From a virus, in the IMG/VR virus record IMGVR_UViG_3300042923_001106, positions 64,001 through 128,000 of that record: a DNA stretch of 64,000 nt. One strand, given 5' to 3'. The notes below the pieces were generated by a model. It searched no databases. It saw only the letters and a program-made list of their open reading frames with translations, and was not told the origin of the DNA. Both the position numbers and the translations under genes were made by a program. The number at the start of each line of letters is the position of its first letter. Position 1 is the stretch's first letter. Below are positions 46,812 through 55,522 of the stretch, one piece after another.

Positions 46812-47363
46812 ATGAGTAAATTCTTTACTGATTTGAAGGAAGTTTTAATCAATGCAGGTAGTCAAAACAATATTAATGCTTGCGGGTATTATAATGCACT
46901 CCTTCAAAATAGTAATATGCTGGATGAAATCATTGAATCATATAAAATAAACAATATGTATATAACATGGCATCCTGATGATACCGGTGATTACACTGAC
47001 GGTTTGATTCTAATTTCGTTTAGAGATTATCGCGATGGAAATTTCAAGTATAAAATACAACTTACATCGGAGCAGTCATGGGACGGATATTGTGAGTGTA
47101 CTCCTGAAACACCGCACTACAACCCAAAATATGATTGTTCGGGATACTGTGACTGGTATATCCCAACATTTTCAATTGAAAAACACACAGATATTGGACA
47201 TGAGAAATTTAAAGGTTATGCAAAAGATATGTGGGAATTAGACGCTCAATGGCAAGAAGAACTTGGAATCCACGAAGATGATAAAACAGCTGAACAAATT
47301 GCAAATATTAATCTTCAAATTGAACAACTTCTGAAGCGTAAAGAGGCGCTTAGAAATAAATAA
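46812..47363 (+). CDS. Hypothetical phage protein
   Basis: Bracketed by junction motifs. Confidence 0.65.
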   Translation: MSKFFTDLKEVLINAGSQNNINACGYYNALLQNSNMLDEIIESYKINNMYITWHPDDTGDYTDGLILISFRDYRDGNFKYKIQLTSEQSWDGYCECTPETPHYNPKYDCSGYCDWYIPTFSIEKHTDIGHEKFKGYAKDMWELDAQWQEELGIHEDDKTAEQIANINLQIEQLLKRKEALRNK

Positions 47364-47389
47364 ATTCGTGATTTCATTGAGGAGAGAAA

Positions 47390-47719
47390 ATGAAAAAGAT
47401 ATTTTTTGACATTGATAATGGAGAAGTAGTGAAACCGAGAAATATCACAGCGCCAGCATATTTAGCTGTGATAGAAGATGAAAGTTTAAAAATTACCGAA
47501 CTGTACTCATGTTTTAGCAAATTTAAGCTTGAAGCATACGGTTATAAGTGGGAGAATGCTATGCTTCATCAGGATTGTTTTGAGTGGGTTAACTATTCAT
47601 GGTTGATGAAGAGTTTACGAAAATATATATTGTTGATTGCGAAGCGCAGTGATAAAGATGACTATGAAGATGAGTATAGAGAGCATTATAGGTATTTGAG
47701 ATTCTGGAAGAGGCATTGA
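47390..47719 (+). CDS. Hypothetical protein
   Basis: Exactly bracketed by junction motifs. Confidence 0.6.
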   Translation: MKKIFFDIDNGEVVKPRNITAPAYLAVIEDESLKITELYSCFSKFKLEAYGYKWENAMLHQDCFEWVNYSWLMKSLRKYILLIAKRSDKDDYEDEYREHYRYLRFWKRH

Positions 47720-47749
47720 AATTGTAATTTTATAAAGAGGTGTATTTGA

Positions 47750-47947
47750 ATGATGGGAAAAGTTAAATGGTTCATCCAAGAACTTGGATACGGCTACTTT
47801 ACTTCGGATGACGGAATAGATATTTTTGTATCAGTTAAAAACCCTTTCGAACAGTCGTTTATACAAGGAGACAGAGTAAAGTTTGATCTAATTGAGTGCC
47901 AATATGGTGGTCTGACAGCTATAAACACTGAGAAGATAAAAATATAA
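47750..47947 (+). CDS. Cold-shock domain protein (divergent)
   Basis: GKVKWF...GYGYF (RNP1), DIFV (RNP2), GDRVKF. Confidence 0.85.
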   Translation: MMGKVKWFIQELGYGYFTSDDGIDIFVSVKNPFEQSFIQGDRVKFDLIECQYGGLTAINTEKIKI

Positions 47948-47976
47948 TTTATCTACAAATTGAAGGAGAGATAGAT

Positions 47977-48288
47977 TTGTTAAAGATTGAGGATAAAAAT
48001 ATTACAGGTTTTACAGTTAAAGTTTTAAATAAAAAAGTAGTTATTGAAATGCCAATTGCCAATCTGGTTAGAGGTTTTAATCTGAGTCCTAATAATTATG
48101 GCGAATGTAAGATTAAACGAGGTAAAAGACAAGAATTTGCGAAATGGTTGGTTGAAAATCTTTTAGATGAAGCAAACGTGGATACAGGTGATAATTTTAT
48201 TGTAACTATGCTAGACAGTGTCTATGAAAGAGCATATGAAGGCGCAGAAGACGAGTTTGTTAAGTACGGATATGACGTTGAAGAGTAA
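47977..48288 (+). CDS. Hypothetical phage protein
   Basis: RBS AAGGAG. Confidence 0.6.
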   Translation: MLKIEDKNITGFTVKVLNKKVVIEMPIANLVRGFNLSPNNYGECKIKRGKRQEFAKWLVENLLDEANVDTGDNFIVTMLDSVYERAYEGAEDEFVKYGYDVEE

Positions 48289-48327
48289 ATAAAATAGGAA
48301 ATTTATCTGCCGAGCAAGGAGGGAGTA

Positions 48328-48438
48328 ATCATTATTGACCCGACTCAAGATGGTATATCTCACATAAATATCTATAGCCAAGGCAAGACAGAGCTTGGAC
48401 GGATGTTAAGCAACTTCTATGGGTATGGATGGAGGTAA
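48328..48438 (+). pseudogene. Truncated N-terminal fragment of a phage protein, cut by the HNH gene
   Basis: IIIDPTQDGISHINIYSQGKTELGRMLSNF, then a stop; strong RBS AAGGAGG but only ATC/ATT starts. Family recognition is from memory. Confidence 0.55.
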
Positions 48439-49084
48439 AATTATTACAAAATATATTGATATAACAGGTGAAAAATTTGGTAGGTGGACAGTTATTGAAA
48501 GAGGAAAAAATGACAAAAACGGCAAAGCGATGTGGTTATGTCAATGTGAATGCGGAAGTCAACCAAGAGAAGTAAACAGTTCGAGTTTAAGAAATGGCGT
48601 ATCAAATAGTTGTGGTTGTCTAAATCTGGAGAAAATTAGTAGTAGGTTTAAACTACACGGAAAATCAAAGACCAGATTGAATAATATTTGGTTTAACATG
48701 AAACAGCGTTGTTATAATTCAAAAAATCCAAATTACGCTGATTATGGTGGTAGAGGCATTAAGATTTGCGATGAATGGCTTAATGATTTTTTAAATTTCT
48801 ATAATTGGTCAATTGAGAATGGACATTCGGATGAATTAAGTATTGAAAGAATAAATGTAAATGGAGATTATGATAAACATAATTGTAAATGGGCAACTGA
48901 TTTAGAACAGGCAAACAATAAAAGAAATAATGTTTACATTACAATTAACAATGTGACTAGAACTGCGGCTCAATGGGAGAAAGATAGCGGAATAAATAAA
49001 TCGACTTTTAGAAATAGAATTCGAAGAGGACTTCAAGGCGAAGAATTGTTGAGTATTAATAGAAGTAAAAATATAAAGTTATAG
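48419..49084 (+). CDS. Free-standing HNH-type homing endonuclease-like protein
   Basis: WLCQCECG, YGGRGIKICDEW, LSIERINVNGDY...NCKWAT..EQANN. Confidence 0.8.
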   Translation: MGMDGGKIITKYIDITGEKFGRWTVIERGKNDKNGKAMWLCQCECGSQPREVNSSSLRNGVSNSCGCLNLEKISSRFKLHGKSKTRLNNIWFNMKQRCYNSKNPNYADYGGRGIKICDEWLNDFLNFYNWSIENGHSDELSIERINVNGDYDKHNCKWATDLEQANNKRNNVYITINNVTRTAAQWEKDSGINKSTFRNRIRRGLQGEELLSINRSKNIKL

Positions 49085-49193
49085 TTAATTGAAGCCATTA
49101 GAAATGGTATTTGATTCAGGAACACACTTAGTGAATACTAAAAATATCAATAAAGTTTTGCTCGAATGAATGAGCAAATAAAAGGAGACAATT

Positions 49194-49844
49194 TTGGATA
49201 AGGTTAAATTAAAATATATAAAAATACGGCTTGAATTAGAAAAACAACAATTGACAGATATGCTTCCTGAAGAATTCAGAGAAAGGTTTCAAAAACTTGC
49301 ATATATAGCCGGTGGATGTATTTACTCAATTTATAATAACACAGAACCAAAAGATTATGATTTCTTTTTACGTGATAGTAAATTAGCCAATGATTTGAGA
49401 AAATATTTTATTTCACTATCAGGTTATCACGGGAAAACAGTGTCAGGTGGTATGTATAAAGATAGTTTCTTAGTAGTAACTGAAAATGCCGTTACACTCG
49501 GAAAGCATCAGATAATCACTCGTTGGGTAGGTGAACCGATGGAAGTTTGTGGAGAATTCGATTTTTGCCATCTTCAGTACTACTACGATGGCAACGAAAT
49601 TGAAACAATCAGTGATTTTGAATTTCTAGAAAGTAAGACATTGCGATACAACGAGAGTCGTGCGCGGGACATCGTTGGTTCGGTAATGAGGCTGAATAAA
49701 TTCGTTGAACGGGGGATGAAAGCCCCGCAAAAAGAAGTGAGTAAAATGTTGCTCAAATTAAAAGAAGTCGGGTTCAATGAGCGCGAAGTTGAAATTTTAG
49801 AAGAAGCAAAAGAAAGGTCTGATACAGATCATTTTGGTTCGTGA
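49194..49844 (+). CDS. Phage protein with a nucleotidyltransferase-like signature
   Basis: YIAGGCIYS...KDYDFF (GG + DxD); FDFCH. Confidence 0.55.
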   Translation: MDKVKLKYIKIRLELEKQQLTDMLPEEFRERFQKLAYIAGGCIYSIYNNTEPKDYDFFLRDSKLANDLRKYFISLSGYHGKTVSGGMYKDSFLVVTENAVTLGKHQIITRWVGEPMEVCGEFDFCHLQYYYDGNEIETISDFEFLESKTLRYNESRARDIVGSVMRLNKFVERGMKAPQKEVSKMLLKLKEVGFNEREVEILEEAKERSDTDHFGS

Positions 49845-50047
49845 GGTGCATAATGGTTAATCATTTTGTTTTAACAGATGAAGAGTTAGTTGACGAATTA
49901 ATTGATCTTATCGAGTGCTCGGTCGAAGTCGACTACGATCTTGTTGACAATGACTTTGACATCAATACTGACTGCAGTTTTCATTACAAGAGAAACAGAG
50001 AGTATCACGAAATTCGTAAAGAACTGTTATATAGATTGAGCAAATAA
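49841..50047 (+). CDS. Acidic hypothetical protein
   Basis: Coupled ORF; followed by a junction motif. Confidence 0.5.
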   Translation: MRCIMVNHFVLTDEELVDELIDLIECSVEVDYDLVDNDFDINTDCSFHYKRNREYHEIRKELLYRLSK

Positions 50048-50092
50048 AATAAAAGAGTATTTTCATTGACCTAAGAATAGGGAGGAAACGAG

Positions 50093-50986
50093 TTGAAAGC
50101 AAGTACAAATGAAGATTTCAAATTGATTGCAATTAAAACAAAAGATAGAGTATACATTTCTGACAATATTACTAATTCGAGTTATTTCAATTCACAAATT
50201 AAATATTTCCTATTCGATGAAACGGAAGCAAAAAGTACATATAAGAGCGACTGGTACGAGGTTTCCGCGATTCCCAATAAAATAGAAAAGAGAATTCCTA
50301 AGCAAGTTATTAAATCTTGGTATGAGTTGAAGGAGGCACATTATAATACTAGTTTACCAAGAGTACTTTATAGCAAAGATTTCGCGGAAGATGGAGAATA
50401 CGAATCAGTTTATGGACTTTATCAGATTAAAAATGAATATGATGAAGGTGGATTAGAATCTATTAAATTTCAACTAAACGTTATTGAAGAACTCGATGAT
50501 TTTGTTATTACAAGAAGTGACTACGAACTACAACATCCAATTCTTGATAAGATTCAAACACATCCGATTTTACTCACAACTAAACACTGTAGCCTAAGCA
50601 GAGAAGATAGTTATAAAATTGTACGTAAATATATTAAAGAAAATATTAATCATAAATATGCAACCATTACAAGTGACTATGATTTTTGCTTTACAGTTGC
50701 AAAGAAAATTGACCATGATCCTGAACCTTATCAAGTTAATGTAGGCAAAAGAAAACCGAAGTATGAAACAAGATATCAGAGAACACGAACAGTAAAGACT
50801 TACGAAATTGCCCCAAAAGCATATCAAAACTATCCTGTAATTGAGCCATTTCAAGGTAAAAATGAACAGGACCTAAAAAATAATATTCAATCATATTTGG
50901 ATGAAGTTATGGCAGTTATTAATAAACCACTTGTTGAATGTGAGCATTGCAAAGGATTGGGGGTTGTAAAGACAAATGAAATTTAA
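50093..50986 (+). CDS. Hypothetical phage protein with C-terminal zinc ribbon
   Basis: RBS GGGAGG; CEHCKGLG. Confidence 0.7.
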   Translation: MKASTNEDFKLIAIKTKDRVYISDNITNSSYFNSQIKYFLFDETEAKSTYKSDWYEVSAIPNKIEKRIPKQVIKSWYELKEAHYNTSLPRVLYSKDFAEDGEYESVYGLYQIKNEYDEGGLESIKFQLNVIEELDDFVITRSDYELQHPILDKIQTHPILLTTKHCSLSREDSYKIVRKYIKENINHKYATITSDYDFCFTVAKKIDHDPEPYQVNVGKRKPKYETRYQRTRTVKTYEIAPKAYQNYPVIEPFQGKNEQDLKNNIQSYLDEVMAVINKPLVECEHCKGLGVVKTNEI

Positions 50987-51245
50987 GACAAGTTTTCTGA
51001 GAAAAGAACTTGATTTGCCTGATGCCGCGATTAAAGACGAGATTACTGATACTTCCCGATGGAGTATCCATCATAGAATTGTTTTTGAACATAATGGCAT
51101 ATTTTATCAAACCTACTATTCTGTCGGAGCAACAGAGATGCAAGATGAAGGTCCATGGGAGCATGAGTCAGAAGTTGATTGTGTTGAGGTTGAATTAAAA
51201 CCGACAACCGTTATGAAGTGGGTTCCTGTTAAAAATAATAAATAA
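50976..51245 (+). CDS. Hypothetical phage protein
   Basis: DTSRWSIHH..VF...Y..GATEMQDE.PW pattern. Confidence 0.65.
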   Translation: MKFKTSFLRKELDLPDAAIKDEITDTSRWSIHHRIVFEHNGIFYQTYYSVGATEMQDEGPWEHESEVDCVEVELKPTTVMKWVPVKNNK

Positions 51246-51325
51246 AACTATGCAATAATAAATATATGTGATAATATTAAAATGAAGGTGAATGCCCCTT
51301 TCATATTAATATAAATATTAGGGAG

Positions 51326-51550
51326 ATGAAACAAGTGAATATTGAGTCAATGCAAGTAGTGTCCGAACGTAACGGTTTTGTCATACGTGAAGACAAGGAT
51401 AATCGTTTCAAGTATGTTGTTTATCATCCTAATTTCGATGGTGTATATATCGATGCATTTAAGTACCTAGAAGAAGCTGAAGAGTTTTGCGATGAAGAAG
51501 ACCCAGTTGTTTGTGCCGAAGATATTCAAAATGGCTTCCTATGTACATAA
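51326..51550 (+). CDS. Hypothetical protein
   Basis: RBS GGGAG. Confidence 0.55.
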   Translation: MKQVNIESMQVVSERNGFVIREDKDNRFKYVVYHPNFDGVYIDAFKYLEEAEEFCDEEDPVVCAEDIQNGFLCT

Positions 51551-51688
51551 TTTACGATTGCTTTAAAAAAGAAAACATTCGGATTTATAAGGTTTTTGAA
51601 GATTTTCCCTTCATTGAGTATTTATCTCGAGACGACATAAATACTGGCGGATTTTACATGATTACAACTGAAGAGAGGGGAATAAAGA

Positions 51689-52522
51689 ATTAAACTTGAT
51701 ATCACAGGACAAAAATTTGGGAAACTCACTGCAATTAAATATGTTGGCAAAGATAATCGACGTGGATCATTGTGGTTATGCGAATGTAATTGCGAACAAA
51801 AGACTCAAAAAATCTGCAAACTAGGCAAATTAAAAAGTGGAGGAGTTAAAAGTTGCGGTTGTTTAGGAACTAATAACACCCACAGCCTTTCTAATCATAG
51901 GCTATACAAGATTTGGAGCGGTATGAAGATTCGCTGTTATGACCGCAATGAACCTAATTATCCTAATTACGGAGGCAGGGGCATTAAAGTTTGTGATGAA
52001 TGGTTTAATAAAGAAAATGGTTTCATTAATTTTTATAATTGGGCAATAGAAAATGAATACCGAGGTGATCTATCAATTGATCGAATCGATGTTAACGGGA
52101 ACTATGAACCTTCGAATTGCAGATGGGCCACAAGGAAGGTCCAAGGAAATAATAAAAGAAACAATAGAGTAATAGAAATAAACGGAGAAGAAAAGACAAT
52201 AACTGAGTGGGCTGATGAATATAAGTTAAATCCTTCCACATTTATCCACAGAATAAAGCTAGGTATATCCGGAGACCTGTTGTTATCCCCTGCTGGCTCG
52301 GTTCCTAAAATACCTTCTCATACTCGCAAAATAGTTCAGTTAACATTAGATGGCAAATTCATAAGAGAATATAATTCTTCTATGGAGGCGGAGAGGGTGA
52401 ATGAAGGCGTGAGGGCAAATTGTATAACAAGAGCCTGTCAAGGAAAAATAAGACATCATAAAGGATATAGGTGGATTTATAAAGAAAACTATAATGCAAA
52501 GAATGAAAACGATGAGAATTAA
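51689..52522 (+). CDS. HNH-type homing endonuclease-like protein with NUMOD1-like C-terminal domain; probable ATT start
   Basis: Paralog of 48419-49084; in-frame KLDITGQKFGKLTAI upstream of TTG 51770; C-terminal IVQLTLDGKFIREYNS...KGYRW. Confidence 0.8.
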   Translation: MKLDITGQKFGKLTAIKYVGKDNRRGSLWLCECNCEQKTQKICKLGKLKSGGVKSCGCLGTNNTHSLSNHRLYKIWSGMKIRCYDRNEPNYPNYGGRGIKVCDEWFNKENGFINFYNWAIENEYRGDLSIDRIDVNGNYEPSNCRWATRKVQGNNKRNNRVIEINGEEKTITEWADEYKLNPSTFIHRIKLGISGDLLLSPAGSVPKIPSHTRKIVQLTLDGKFIREYNSSMEAERVNEGVRANCITRACQGKIRHHKGYRWIYKENYNAKNENDEN

Positions 52523-52621
52523 TGAATTTTAAAAGTCCAGTTATGTATCTTGGAATCCAAGAGAGCCTTGAAAGATAAAGCTGATATATGGTCGAAAATA
52601 CATATATAACCGGTTGATATA

Positions 52622-52643
52622 CGAACGTTTGTTCGATTATAAT
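52622..52643 (+). promoter_or_regulatory. Perfect LexA box plus -10 element
   Basis: CGAAC-GTTT-GTTCG, then TATAAT at 52638-52643. Confidence 0.85.
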
Positions 52644-52659
52644 AAAGAAAAACCAGCAG

Positions 52660-53052
52660 GTGATACATATGACCAAACCGGTACAATCTGAGGAAGAACT
52701 CAGCCTTATAAAAGAATATGTCCTTTACTCTGTTATCATGGATACTATAGAGAAAGACATTGTAACAATGAAGGAAGTTAAACTGAAGATGGCAGAAGTA
52801 TACACTCGTTCGCTTCGAAAAGTACAGAATGCTGCAACCGAAAAACATTCTCGGGTTAGAAAAGAACTGAGGAATCGTGGAATCAAGGTTTATGAAGAAA
52901 TTCGAGACAGGGAACATCTTAAATCAAAATTTATTTGCCGAGGCTATCATGGCGAGTTGCTGATTTTGTGGAACGTAATAAAAGTTGAAGTTGAGGAGCG
53001 ACTATATACGTATATGGATATCGATCCAAATGAAGATACATTGATACCATGA
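52660..53052 (+). CDS. SOS-controlled hypothetical protein
   Basis: First ORF after the LexA box. Confidence 0.65.
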   Translation: MIHMTKPVQSEEELSLIKEYVLYSVIMDTIEKDIVTMKEVKLKMAEVYTRSLRKVQNAATEKHSRVRKELRNRGIKVYEEIRDREHLKSKFICRGYHGELLILWNVIKVEVEERLYTYMDIDPNEDTLIP

Positions 53053-53098
53053 ATTTATTTTCATGAAATATAATGGATAGATTTTTTATCCAAACGAG

Positions 53099-53443
53099 GT
53101 GAAAATCATGATAAGCAAAAAACTTAGCGGTAATGGTTTATGGGAGTCCTCAAGAATGGTGCTTCCAGAACATAGGATCAGGATGTTTAAACATAATGAA
53201 GAAAGAGGGTACAAGGAAAAGCCAAGTTTGCATGAAGATGAGTTGGAGATGTTATTTCAGAATATAAATTACTCCATCAATCAAAGAGAAATAGTAAGCA
53301 TGACAGTATTCGGAGTAGGACAAGACCGGGTTATTAATGGTGTTGTTACGTACATCAATTATGACAAAAAGAAGCTGAGAATTGAATTTGATGATGGTTA
53401 TGAGTTTGTAGATTTTGATGAGATTATAAATGTGCGTATGTAA
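53099..53443 (+). CDS. yolD: YolD-like protein (accessory factor of Y-family mutagenic polymerases)
   Basis: GNGLWESSRMVLPEH signature; SH3-like C-terminus. Confidence 0.8.
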   Translation: MKIMISKKLSGNGLWESSRMVLPEHRIRMFKHNEERGYKEKPSLHEDELEMLFQNINYSINQREIVSMTVFGVGQDRVINGVVTYINYDKKKLRIEFDDGYEFVDFDEIINVRM

Positions 53444-53498
53444 TGCTCAATAATGGTCAATAAAAGAGACATTTTATTAGATGAAAGCGAGGTGAAAG

Positions 53499-53798
53499 AT
53501 GAAGTTAACATCTGATTTGATTTCACGAAGAAACAGTTACTCACTCTGGAAGTACGAAGATGCAGTTAAAGCAATTCATCATTGGGAGACGGATAAATAT
53601 CAGAGCGGTAGGTTATCTGTAAGTGAATGTAAGACATGCTACTATTTAAAGAATGGAGCAAGTTTACAAGCATTCACTAACTACATATGCAAGAACTGCA
53701 ATCAAGAAAAAAATCACCATGATTCTTCTACGCCAGATTATTGTCCTGATTGCTGTAAAGAACATAATGTTTGTCGAAGATGTGGAGCGGACGTTTGA
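53499..53798 (+). CDS. Multi-zinc-finger protein
   Basis: Four CxxC pairs. Confidence 0.6.
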   Translation: MKLTSDLISRRNSYSLWKYEDAVKAIHHWETDKYQSGRLSVSECKTCYYLKNGASLQAFTNYICKNCNQEKNHHDSSTPDYCPDCCKEHNVCRRCGADV

Positions 53799-53843
53799 CT
53801 TGTCGTTTTACACGATTACCCAAGAAATAAGCGAGGTGATACT

Positions 53844-54071
53844 ATGTATCAACAATATGATGAGGAATATGATAAGCGTTATGAACTCGAAGCATATTTG
53901 GCTGTAGATGTTGCCGAAAATGGGGATCGTGCCAGAATTGCAAAGAATTACTTTAGCAAAAGCGAACTACCGGCGCTTGATAAAATTGCGACTAAACTAA
54001 AAGAAAATGGGTTTGACACCTTCGAGATTCGAGAGATTACTGAATTGAAACGAAGATACTCCATTATGTAA
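53844..54071 (+). CDS. Hypothetical protein
   Basis: RBS GAGGTG. Confidence 0.55.
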   Translation: MYQQYDEEYDKRYELEAYLAVDVAENGDRARIAKNYFSKSELPALDKIATKLKENGFDTFEIREITELKRRYSIM

Positions 54072-54095
54072 AAGTATATAATAAATGATAATCCA

Positions 54096-54737
54096 TTGGT
54101 GAGAGGCGAAGGGTTTTTGACCAAAAACAAGGAATTGATTAACCGTAGGGCGTTTAAAGGGGAATTTTATGATGAGATTAACGATGGCATCAGTGAGAAA
54201 TATCAAGCAATATATCCTAATAGTAAAATAAGAGTTGAATACATCTTAGATAGAGAATTGTTCCTTTGGCAAGTGTATATTGACGGTCATACATATTCAG
54301 AAGACGGAAAAATTATCGAAGCATTAATTCATGTTGACACATTCAAGAATCTAACTGCAATTAAACTGTTCTCTTCAATAAGTTTGTCAGAGTATGAAGC
54401 AGAATACAATGATTATAGTGAAGATAATTATAAATTGTTGAGACAAGGTATCAATGATTTGGTGATGGAGTTTTCGGCCAAGGGAGTTATTTTTGAAGAG
54501 AACGAAGTAAGCACTGGAGGCTATCGAGTTGTTTTCTACCATCCTGAATTCAGCTCAAGAAATTCATACATGAGTTCTTGGGATAGGGAACGGATGAAGG
54601 AGAGTTTACACTATGATCTATACCGTAGTTCAAGTTATGGACATTTTAATGTGCAGCCAATTTCAAAAGCAACTGTAAAAAGTAAACTTAGCGATGTTAG
54701 GAGAAGTATTAAACGGTTACTTGAAAAGAAACAATAG
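54096..54737 (+). CDS. Hypothetical protein
   Basis: Long ORF; start uncertain. Confidence 0.55.
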   Translation: MVRGEGFLTKNKELINRRAFKGEFYDEINDGISEKYQAIYPNSKIRVEYILDRELFLWQVYIDGHTYSEDGKIIEALIHVDTFKNLTAIKLFSSISLSEYEAEYNDYSEDNYKLLRQGINDLVMEFSAKGVIFEENEVSTGGYRVVFYHPEFSSRNSYMSSWDRERMKESLHYDLYRSSSYGHFNVQPISKATVKSKLSDVRRSIKRLLEKKQ

Positions 54738-54767
54738 ACGATCCTTTCATTAACTTTGAGGTGAGGT

Positions 54768-54965
54768 ATGGATAGATTCATTCGTGTTATTTTTTTAAGT
54801 TTTCTTATGGTGCTATTTGAGGAACTTAGTGATCAAGCATATGAAAAAGGTCAAACTTGGTCTGGAATTTCTTTGTTTGCAATTGTATTATTTTTTGGTT
54901 ATTTGTTGCTATCAAGAGCATATCAAGATGGAAAGAAAGATGCTGAAAAGAAATCGAGGTGGTAA
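54768..54965 (+). CDS. Small two-TM membrane protein
   Basis: RBS GAGGTGAGG; two hydrophobic helices. Confidence 0.55.
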   Translation: MDRFIRVIFLSFLMVLFEELSDQAYEKGQTWSGISLFAIVLFFGYLLLSRAYQDGKKDAEKKSRW

Positions 54966-54966
54966 G

Positions 54967-55503
54967 ATGGCATCTGTTTTTTGCCAGTATTGTAAGGTAA
55001 AAGACGAGAAGAATTTGATGAAAAGAGGAATCACAAAAACCGGCTATATACATAACACTTGTATTCCTCGATGGGAGAAAGATCAGGAATATAAGAAAAT
55101 AGAAAATGAACAATGGAGTTCACTTTATGAGTATCTTCGCTCCCTACATAATGCCCTAGATATTCCTCCACGAAATATTAAACGACTTAGAGAAATTAAA
55201 GAAAATAAAAATATTTCATATAAATTAATGATTGATGCATATAAAGTTGCAGAAGATAAAATTAAGTGGTTTATTCGCGAAGTACTTCAGGACGGGAACA
55301 ATGCAGAAGATATAAATAAGGTAATAACGGTTATGATGAATTCAGGGTTGAATCAAGCGGCAAGAGAAGAACAAATGAGAAAAAGGCAGCAACAAGAAAA
55401 AGAAAAACTGATGGCACAGGAGACAAGTAACGATATGTCTCATGATAATTTAATAAATAAAAAAAATACAAAAGATATACTGGATATATCGGAGTTTCTT
55501 TAA
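54967..55503 (+). CDS. Zinc-ribbon replication accessory protein (helicase-loader position, like SPbeta yorH)
   Basis: CQYC...HNTC N-terminus; DISEFL C-terminus; directly upstream of the helicase. Confidence 0.55.
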   Translation: MASVFCQYCKVKDEKNLMKRGITKTGYIHNTCIPRWEKDQEYKKIENEQWSSLYEYLRSLHNALDIPPRNIKRLREIKENKNISYKLMIDAYKVAEDKIKWFIREVLQDGNNAEDINKVITVMMNSGLNQAAREEQMRKRQQQEKEKLMAQETSNDMSHDNLINKKNTKDILDISEFL

Positions 55504-55522
55504 TGCTCAGGAGGGGTAAGTT

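Noticed and set aside
47750-47947. Cold-shock protein as a novel finding
   Set aside because: Such genes are common accessory cargo; nothing unusual beyond divergence.
48419-52522. Group I introns housing the HNH genes
   Set aside because: No flanking exons that rejoin and too little non-coding sequence for a ribozyme core.
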